A DNA stretch of 64,000 nt from Oopsacas minuta (taxonomy: Eukaryota; Animalia; Porifera): assembly GCA_024704765.1 (NCBI GenBank), contig JAKMXF010000177.1, positions 496,001 through 560,000 on the forward strand. The letters are read 5' to 3'. The translations under genes and the position numbers were made by a program. The notes under the pieces are model-generated. The model saw nothing but the letters and a program-made list of their open reading frames with translations. It had not been told where the DNA came from and ran no database searches. How positions within the stretch are numbered: position 1 is the first letter of the stretch; each line of letters opens with the position of its first letter. Below are positions 39,301 to 50,000 of the stretch, piece after piece.

Positions 39301-42300
39301 GTATTTCAGTTAATCGGTACACCTCTGGCAGTAATCTTCTCTGTCGTATTGAAGCTGGCTAGCAAAGGCTATTGGTTAGGAATGATAGTAGCAGCGTTCT
39401 TGCAAGCTTCCATATACCTAATACTTCTGCTCTTCACTAATTGGAAGAAAGTAACAGAGATAGCACAAGAGAATATACACATTTCTAGAATCACAAAAGA
39501 TGAAGAGATATCTCTTCTTAATTCTCCGTTAACTTTGGATAAAAGTATTTCTAAAGTTAACAAAAGGTATACATTTAGTTATAGAAATATAATCAAATGC
39601 GTGATTATTTTCATTTTAATCTTATCTTTCTTGGTTGGCTTAGGCTTTTCTATCAAACACTATCCTCAGCAGTCCAATATAACTCCATCTAGTAATTCAT
39701 CTCTCAGAATTAATACTACTGAACCGATATGCCCCTATTAGAACAGCTGTTACTTGTGTTATACTATTTATTATTGTAGTGATCATAGCATATAGTCATA
39801 ATATATTTACTGTGATATTAATTTCATTGTTATTAATTGGAATTGGATTCTGTGAATTTCGGGTCGTTTCAGGATCTGATATTGAAAGGGAGTACTATAA
39901 GTTCTATCCCTAACATGTAAATACTTTTGATCTTTCCTTCCCTCAGTGGCCATACCTATAAATTCTTTAGCTCCATATTATCCTAGGAACGAATATGAAA
40001 AATTCTATCACTTCTAGCACAATATACTGAAATTATCTAAAATATGTACTGTGCATGTAGTTATTCTAAAAGTCAAGGTAACTCCGGTTAAAACCAAGTC
40101 GAATATAACAGAACTCTTGTTATAACGAAGTGATTAGATCCCCAATAGCTTGAAACTAATTACTTCGCTTACAGCGAATCAGAGGCCCAAGTACTTGTTA
40201 TAACAAGATTGTACTGTAAATTTTCGTATTAATATAGTTAGTTCACACATGGACCTCTAAACTACCCGGACAGTCAACGCAGACTGAATCTATAAAAGTT
40301 AGGCCAGTATGTGTGTAATTCATATCTCGAAAACCGTTAGTTCTATTGGTATTAAGTATATTATTGAATAGGAAGTCATGTAAGATAATTTCGTTGGTCG
40401 TATTGGCATACTTGAAATTGTTTGTGGTTTGTGAATTTTTTGCGGTTTCCACACCTTTTGTCATTATAAACATAGAAATTTATTAGTAGCGACAATATTT
40501 AAATGGTGCCCTATGGACTGAATACATTTGTTATTGATAAATAATAATGTACATAATATATCTCTACAAACTATTATCAAGGCGAAAGACGTTATCTGAT
40601 TGCTTACTTAGCAAATTTGTCAACAAATGCTCATATTAATTAAATATTTATCGACTCTGTCAATAGTCAATTAATACATTTACGATTGCATAATGTATTC
40701 AATAGGATCTAGGACATTTTCATTCAAAATTTCATCATTTGTTTTGATAATGTTTGCACGTTACAGAGATATAGTTACAACCATGGATGCCACATTATTG
40801 CTGATATTCATCTATAACTTGACAATCTTTAATGTTATGTTCAATTCGTCATGGAAACATGTATTATATACCCGATTTACCATATCCTGATAATACATTT
40901 TGAAACGATATCTCCAAAGAATATTGCGGAGTCATGAATAATACCATATATGGGCTTTCTTATATTTTCCCTATGCTTATAATGACCAAAGGTGTGAAAA
41001 CCGAAAAAACTCACAAACCACAAACTTTTTAAGTAATCCAATATGACCAACGGAAATCCTCATAAATGACTTCCTATTCAACAATAATCTATATCATTAA
41101 ATCTGAATTGTTGTCCGTTTGTTTGTTTGTTTGTTTGTTTGTTTGTTTGTTTGTTTGTTTGTCCGTTGTCAAGGAAAGGATTTACGGTATGCAATTTTGA
41201 AATTGTTGCATAACTATGTATTTATCGCGTTTATCAAGGAAGTAAATAGAATTCAAGAAAACTTGACAAAATATATCGAACATGCTGAATCCGATTTTCA
41301 CACTTTTGGATTAATCATATGTAAATTTATTGTTGTTTATATGAATATAAAGTAATCAAAGCCAAATTTCAAAATATGCCTGCAGGCTTGCTCTCAATGG
41401 TTACCCAGGGGTAACTAAGTGCTCTAAATACGAATTTCGCATTTTCAAGTTTCTCATATGCAATTTATTGTTGTTTTATGAATATAAAGTAAACAAATTT
41501 CAAAATTGAGGTAGAATCATACTTTCAACGACTATACTGGGGTAGTCGAGTATACTGAGCCCAAATATGATATTGTAACCAACATCTATATTATTAAATC
41601 TCAATTGTTTTTGTTTGTTTGTTTGTCCTTTGATATGTAAATATATTGTTGTTTTTATGAATATAAAGTAAACAAATTAGCAAAATCTGAAATTTTATCT
41701 AGATACTTGCTCTCAACGGCTACAAAGGGGGTTGATCTTACAAATTAATTCAATAATATATATGACAGTTACGTATATTTGTGAATTACATTGTTCTAAA
41801 CATATCTATATTATAATACTCAAAGGGGCCGTCAATTTGGAGAATAACGGACACCTCGAAGCGAGGGGCTAGAATATTTAATACTAATAGAACTAACGGT
41901 TTTCGAGATATGAATTGTACAACACTGGCCTAACTTGGTATAGATTCACTCTGAGTTGACTGTCCAGATATTTTAGAAGTCCATGGTTCACACTATACTC
42001 TCGTTTAAATATTTTTCCAACTTTACAGGAATCTTCTTCAAAACATTATGTCAAAGATTAACCATTCTTTTGAGAGATCAGTGTGAATCAATTGATACTA
42101 ACACTGACTGGTTACTACAGACAGCTAATTGCGGAGAAGACATACAATCATCAGGAACATTCCGTAAAGCTGTAAACCTCCGTATTAACAATACTATTAC
42201 TCCTCTAATAGCAGAGTTGATTGCTTGTCTAGATAGAAATGGAAATCTAGAGCTAGCTCTCTATAATGAAGAAGAACCAGAATGTTTGTTTAATCTATGG

Positions 42301-45300
42301 CATGATATATTCAGAGATGAGCGTCTGCTTGTGTTACAATACAAAGACACAATCTCTCCAAACACACTACAACCTAGAAGGAGAGTTCCTGTGTTAAGTG
42401 ATGGAGCTGGTGGGCAGTACTTTGAATGTAGTTTTCCCTTTTCATTCTTTATCAAGGATTTCGTACTAGATCTATGGAAACAGTTTATAATCAGAAAACG
42501 TTAGTCAACAATTATTCAATATTTAGTATTATATTTTGTCTCGCTTCACATGTTCAAATTAGAATGTTGTTATTCTAAGGTTGTTATTTGTTTGACTAAT
42601 ATTTAGTCGAACTAATGACAACATGCTATTCGGACAAATGCAGCGCTCCTTTTTTTTATAGAAGTTATTAATTTTTCTTTAGCTGACACATCCATATCTC
42701 TTTGGGGTCAATTCGAATCAATTTTCAACCAAACTACGTTAGGACAGTTGGTTAATCTTAATCTGATGTCAGATGAGAAAGGTTATGATTCTATTCTTCA
42801 TTATTTAATGGACTTTATTCATATGCACACACATGCCTCCACTCAAGATCAATATAATGTAAGCTTAATTCAGTACTTGTCCATCTATTTATAATTTCAA
42901 TCCAAGTTGGAACAGTATTAATATCTAAGTACGTAGCAATCAACCATTAAGCTGGGTTCCACTGTATATAATATTTGTGTCTTAGGTGTATGAATCTGTA
43001 ATCCTGTTGCGTATTGAGTTATTCTCAGATCACCAGGCCTCTGAAGAAGAAGAGCAAAGCGAAATTACACCTAACCGTACTCTTACAATTCCTAAAATAC
43101 ATTGTGCGTATGAAGAATCCAAACAATTGTTAGATCTCTTGCAACAAGCATTTATTCTTGAGAAGGATTTGGAACGGAAGTTATTTAGAATTATAAAAGA
43201 AATGAATGAGAATAAAGACAGTAGATTGAGTTGCTTAGAACTTATATTGCTAGAAGAGATAATAGCATCTTGTCATCATACTAGAGAGCGTACAGCTTGT
43301 AAGGAGCAAGCTGAGAAGTATGTGACTGAAATCAGGCAGTGGCAATCTGTTGTTGAGAGAGGATTGAGTTTTAACAGACCTGATTATCCTGGCTACAACA
43401 CTACTGTTAATTCAATCAGGTATTGTATTGCTAAATGTTGTAGCCTAAGATAATTGTATACTTATTCAAGTACAGTATAACCTCTATAAGGGGGGGAGAT
43501 CGGGCCGGCGTATCTCCTGATAACCCCCAAACCCCATTTATTATAATATCCCCTAAGGATGTTGGTTGAATATAAAAATTTCAATTCATTAAAGCGATAA
43601 ATATGTGTTGTGTTTTTTCAAATTTAGCACATAAATTGATTTATTCAAGAAATTTATAATAGAATTCCCCACTTATAGAAGTAAATTTCAATGGTGTGAG
43701 GCATAATTATCACTAAAGTATGCCTCATGCCCCACTCCCGTTTATGAAGGTTCCCCATTTATAGAGACCCAGGTTGCACTGTATTTAGAATTGTATCTGC
43801 ATTGCTATTTACAGACATACTAGCACGCTTCGCTTACTCGCCTACGCGGTTGTGGACACTTCGTGTCCGCACTCGAGTACATAAACTCATAATCTTAACC
43901 GTAGCAAACATAATACTGCCATAACCTTAAAATCTGCTTACTTTATGTCCCCAAAAGTGAACTAATATTTATGGAATATAGTTTACATTATCATATTCGA
44001 TTACCTCAGTATAACCATTGAAAGCATGTTTCTACTACAATTTTGAAATTAGTTTACTATAGTCATAAATAAAAACAACAATAAATTTACATATGATTAA
44101 TCCAAAAGTGTGAAAATCGGATTCAGCATGTTCGATATATTTAGTGAAGTTTTCTTGAATTCTAATTACTTCCTTGATAATCACGATAAATACATAGTTA
44201 TGCGACAATTTCAAAATTGCATACCGTAAATCCTTTCCTTGACAACGGACAAACCAACAGACAGACAAACAACAATTGAGATTTAATAATGTATAGATTT
44301 TTGACAGAGTGGTGATGTATTTTGGTGTCCTCTTCTGCAAAGTCCAAAATTGTCCGTTGGAATCTAATCTCGATTAAGTTCCTTTTGAATTATATAATTA
44401 TACGCAAAATGTCTGAAAAACGAATTTAAGGTTAGATATTTATTATGTACAGTCTAGTCGAACCTCCAAGATCCGAACACCATTTTCCAAAAAGTCTTGA
44501 ATTTGTTTGAATATTTTCAGCTAATTTCTTATAATAGAGTTATCTTTAGTTTTACTTCTTGTTTTACACGTAGCTTAGTAACCACTCAATGTCAAACATC
44601 TACTCAATATTTTATGTTGTGTAACAATTAGATCTTCGTAGAGTTATTGTCATTTCTGAGATTCGGGTACGCTCCGGAGTACGGACGAGACTGCCCGGAT
44701 CTCACATGTTCTATTGAAGAAAACAATTAATTAAAGTATTCCTTATATCTTTAGAGCCAAGTGGAACAGAATACTTGCTGTACAACTATTCGTATCTAAC
44801 TGTACTCTAGCTGTGCAACATAGCTGTACAGAGAGCAGCACCAATAGACTATTTATGGTAAACTATTAATATAATTTGTGCCGCTCCTATTGGGAGATGC
44901 CATAATTACATGGATGATGTGCAGTGCGAAATCAAGTAGTCCGATAATGATGAAAATTGGGACACATTTGGGTCTGAGATGAGTCTAAAATTTTCACGCC
45001 TTTTATATTATTGCTGTAACTTTTATCCACTATAGATTCTAACAGAGACTCCAGATTTTACATCAGTCCAAACAATCAAAGATACACTAGATATTCTGTC
45101 TGATTGTTTGTCACGATTACCTGGAGGACAAAGGTTAGTGTTAATTAGATAGAAAGTATAACAGAAATACTTTTTACTAATTTTAGATATTTCATCTATC
45201 TCAAGTTAATCAGGTCCATTACATTGGTGCGTTTAGAGGCATATTTATCGAGTAATTTAGATACCAGTCTTATCTGACCAATTATAGTAGATATAATTAG

Positions 45301-47056
45301 TACACCCAGATCCAGAGTCCCAGACATATTATGGTTGCCCTTTCTTGTCTCTTCGGACCACTTAGTTGGCCGCCAATCACTAGTCTATGAAATCCACCTA
45401 CACTACATCTTCTTGAGCACGTTTAAAGACGGTGGTCCAGGTCATAACAGTATTAGCGACCATTACCGGTTTGACCAATTGAAGCTTGACATATCAATAA
45501 TTTATTTATATTTTTTGTTAGAGGTTTAATGAAACTTAAACAAAAGTTCCGAGAATGTGCAACCAGATTCTTCATCAGTCTCCTGACTAGCTTAACATTC
45601 AAATCTCTACCATCAAGCCAACCTAATGCTGAGCTTATCGAGCTATTAATGGAATTTGTGATATTAGATAAAGGTAATATGGAGGAGTTAGAGAGGAACG
45701 AGAAGAGTTCTATCAACTTGTTTAAGAAGAATGGTCTTAACCCATCTCTCTCTTTCAAAACTTTTCTTTTGCAATTAATGATTAAACATAGGTTAGTATA
45801 ACCATCAGGTCTGATCATAATCAAGTTATTATACCATTTAATGGGAACATTTTCCTAACCCTCTTCCGAATACCCAGGGGCCGGCCCTTCCGCTAGGCGA
45901 ACTAGGCAGTATAATTTGGATTTAGAGAACTTTTCTTTTTCAAGCCTGAAAATTGAGTCGCCATCCATAGTTGCCTTGGGTTTAAATTTTCAAACCGCCT
46001 CAAGGACTGGCACTGCGAATACCCACCATAAATCACTACATAAACATATTTCATATGACCGGTTACACAAATCCTTACTCTGATAATCAGAATTCACCAT
46101 TAGCAGGGATATTCTTGTTTAGTGATAGATATAAATGATTCATAGAAAAGTGTCCTTATATTAACCAGAATCTTTTGTATCTGATCATGTTGTATCATAT
46201 TTATTTAGGAGAGATGTCTTTGAAGACATCTTGTCTCACTACCTTTCCCATTCTCTTCTTGACTTAGAGAATATACAGGCTAAACAGGAACTGTATATGA
46301 TTATTATACACTCTATTGAGGTAATATATTATACCATTATATAATTAACCTACATATTAACATGCAGTCTTATACATTTACCTTCAGGATTCACGTCATC
46401 AATTCTTTAAACAGCAAAGCATAGAAGAACAGATATTTCTAATCGACTTTACATTGAGAAATGATTCTCCTAGGATATATGGTCTTGCTAATCATTCCTA
46501 TATACAATATGCGACGCTAGAGATGATAGCTACATTAAGATATATCTGTATTCACATATCTCACTGGATTATCGAATGCTTTAAACTGAAAACACTACTA
46601 GACTCACAACTACCTGGATATATAGTGGCTGAGAGAAGGAGATTAATATTTAACTTCAAAAACATATGTCTAATGCATGGTAATGAAAATCTCCATGTAT
46701 TCCTGCTGAAGAATATCTACCATCAGTTAGGAAGTGATACACTGCATCTAATTACTAATAATCGTGATTGTTCTTGGATTATACCAGAAAATGTTATAGA
46801 GAGGATGATGGAGGTGAATTAGTGTGTATTTACTCAAAGCTTGGCACCGATAATTCGATATACGTAATGGATGACTTTAGGGATATGAAAATGCTGCAAA
46901 CAGCCTATTAGGCTGTTTGCTGTTAACAGCTACAATTCCAAACGATTACAGGTTAACTCACAGTTATTTGAGCTTTTAAACCAAATTGTTGCAGTAACAG
47001 CATAATTCTAACCGCTAACAACCTATTTTTGCTCTCAATGTAGATAATATATATAT

Positions 47057-47087
<31 letters not shown>

Positions 47088-50000
47088 CAGGGCGTAACAA
47101 GTAGTTTTCAATTTGACCCACAAATTATGTGAGCCACCAATCTTGCTCTGGTTGACTAATATTATCTGTATTCCCAGTCCTAATGTGGTCCGGTTGACAA
47201 CTGAACAACCTGATCATCCCCTATGGCTATAAGATAGACAAATAGAAATATAATCTATCATAGCTGTTAACATCTTAGCTTACTAGGTTTTAGGCCCGAA
47301 TTTTCAAATATCCTGAAATTCCTAATTTTATATAATTGTGTATAACCTGTTTTATATTTTCGAAATATCGACCGATGATATTGAGGGATTTATACCCTCT
47401 CCTATTTGCCAAACCTTTATTGTGTATACTAGTATCTATCTATTTCTGGTTTATTATAGAGTAGAACTCAGATAAGACATATTCCCTCGGGAAATCAAAA
47501 GTAATACATACTAACCAAATTACGTCTTATCCGAATATTCCTCCTATACAGTTAGTACAATAATTGATCATTCGTTCAGGAGAAAAGTAGGTACTAACCG
47601 AGTCCTACTGTATACCTATACATTCTGTTAACATTATATCATTTATATTAATATATTATAGTCACAATACCAGTCACCTGATTATTTCATGATCTACGGA
47701 GACAATTATGCTAAATTGAAATATTCTGCTGAGCAAGCCAATGTCAGCCAGAGTAAGGACTCACTGCTGCAATATTTTGATGCTGGGGAAAATAATGCAC
47801 AGGTTTGTTTGTAGATGTAGTACGTATAATTATTTTAAGATTGGAGCTTGGTGAATATTGTAAATTTCAAAAACTGGATTGAATATTCTAATCCTATCCC
47901 AAATGACTGTATTTATCCACCTCGCGAAATTTCATTCAAAAATTGCTATTTCGCCGTTTTAGCCAGGAATATTAGCACAAGTTGGAAAAAAATTCGAAAT
48001 CTCCTAACTTTGGTTATTGTCTTCCCAAATCGGCCCTCATTTGGCCTTCTTAACCGATCAGGGGAAAGAGAATTGTTTGAGCTATCGAATGCAACTATTC
48101 CCTGTAGCACACAAATTGACGGAGATATTCACGTTTAAAGCTCGACAAAACTAAAGTACAGTTTGTGAGAGTTTATTTTTCAAACGTGAATAACTCAATC
48201 AACATTTGAAATTTCCAATATTCCCCATGCTCTAACCTTGATTAAAAGCTTTTCTAAAATACCATCCTAGTAATTCTACACGTGTAATATTTAATAGGAG
48301 ATTCAAACCAACATAGAATATTTTCTATATTCTATATTCCAAATCAAAACAGAATCTTTGAGGAGAAGAAATAATACTGATGAATCGGAGGTATGTAATA
48401 TTTCTTACTTAGAGAATGGTCAGAGTAATTTATTTTACAGTAGACTCTTGCAAACTGGGGCCAGGGCACTTTAAAAATCCGCCCGTCGCGCAGGGACCTA
48501 GCAAGCAAAGCTCACTAGTAATTATTAACTTAAATTAAAATATACTATCACATCAATATTGACTAAATATGGTAAGAGAGTGTCCAGTGCAGTTTGCGAG
48601 AGTTTACTATATTCACAAATATCCTCTTTTAGGGCTTCATTGCTTTGAGAGATTTATTCAATACCAATCTGAGTACAATACAGGTTGAGTTATTGCAAAT
48701 TGGTATTCAGATGTTATCGGATACTAGGATTGGATCTCTACATTTCTCTTCTAATTCCAACAACAACCAGATATCTCTCTCTAGAGTTATATACCACATG
48801 GCTATAATGCTGTCGTCTAATGTGTACCCTAAGCTATTCTCTCCAATATCTCTCCTGTATGAGAATCCTCATCTTCTCACAAACACTCTATTCCCTACAA
48901 TGATGGATGATCATCTGCTGACTGTTAAACAAGCTATGCTAGGGAAGGAAGGGACAGGACAGTGGTATACCTGTGTTAATGGACATGCATACTTTGTTGG
49001 AGAGGTAGGTTCTTTTGAATTGAAAGAGGAGTAAATATTTCGAAATTTAATGGCACGTCTATTAAACACCCTAAAGTATAGGCCTGAAGTCCGGAATGAC
49101 CCGACGATCACAGGCCCAAGCCCACCCAAGGCTTGCGACCTCTAGTCTTTTGTCTATTTACTCAACAAAATTATAGTGAAGGCAGTTTTGTAATTTCGCG
49201 GAATTACTTTAGTAGAAGGGAGTGTTATACCTTTTATGCCATGTGGAAACTGAAAAAATATGTTAAAAATTTTTACCTATTAGCTGGTTAATTACGGATT
49301 ATTTGAAGTGAATCCAAAATTTGAGATTTTGAGTGACTATGACTGGTAAATTTGTACCACTTTTGGTCGCACAACCAAAAGTTTCAATAAATTCTTTCTT
49401 CTATGATATTTGATCATTTCACAAGGTCTAAAAAGCAAAACTGTGGCTCACGGCGTCCTCTTTCAGAGAAAATGGGTTTGAAAGGAATCAGTACCTTACA
49501 TTCAACAAATGGGTCCATTATCTCTACCGAAGCCACAAATCGTGCCTCCTGCTGCCATCTTACTCCATTTAATTCCCAAACTATTTTTTCAGTATCCACA
49601 TGGCATAAACTTTCCAAAGGTAAACACTCCCTTCTGATAAATATCATGCGCGGGACTCCTATTTTGCTACAATTCTGCCCACACTATTAATTCATATGGT
49701 TATTCAATATTTCCCAATGTATAATAATTATGTCATAAATATTACCTTTCTTCGTAGTACGTAATTCTTCCTATATTTATTTATTTTCTGGCTTTTAGTG
49801 TGGACAACCGAGACAGGCTCAGACATGTCCAGACTGTGGCTTATGGGTAGGACAAGATCATAGAGTTAGACAAGCAGGCACAAAACTCAATACTACAGCT
49901 GATTCTACCAAACATGGCTATGTGTTGGGTAGAGTTGATCAGAGACAGAAAATACCAAGTTCTGAAAGGTAACGTCTGTCTTATTTAATAGTAGTATAAA

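Noticed and set aside
41119-44340. Similar short ORFs MFVCLFVC..RCQGKDLRYAILKL (41119-41355) and 44035-44340
   Set aside because: They are translations of Helitron-like H1 copies including the TTTG microsatellite, not RNF213 exons or genes.
45134-45521. Hidden RING exon in RNF213 intron 7
   Set aside because: I found no C-x2-C / C-x-H pattern between plausible splice sites on manual reading. ORF 45335-45529 has no Cys, and exons 7 and 8 already join in phase.
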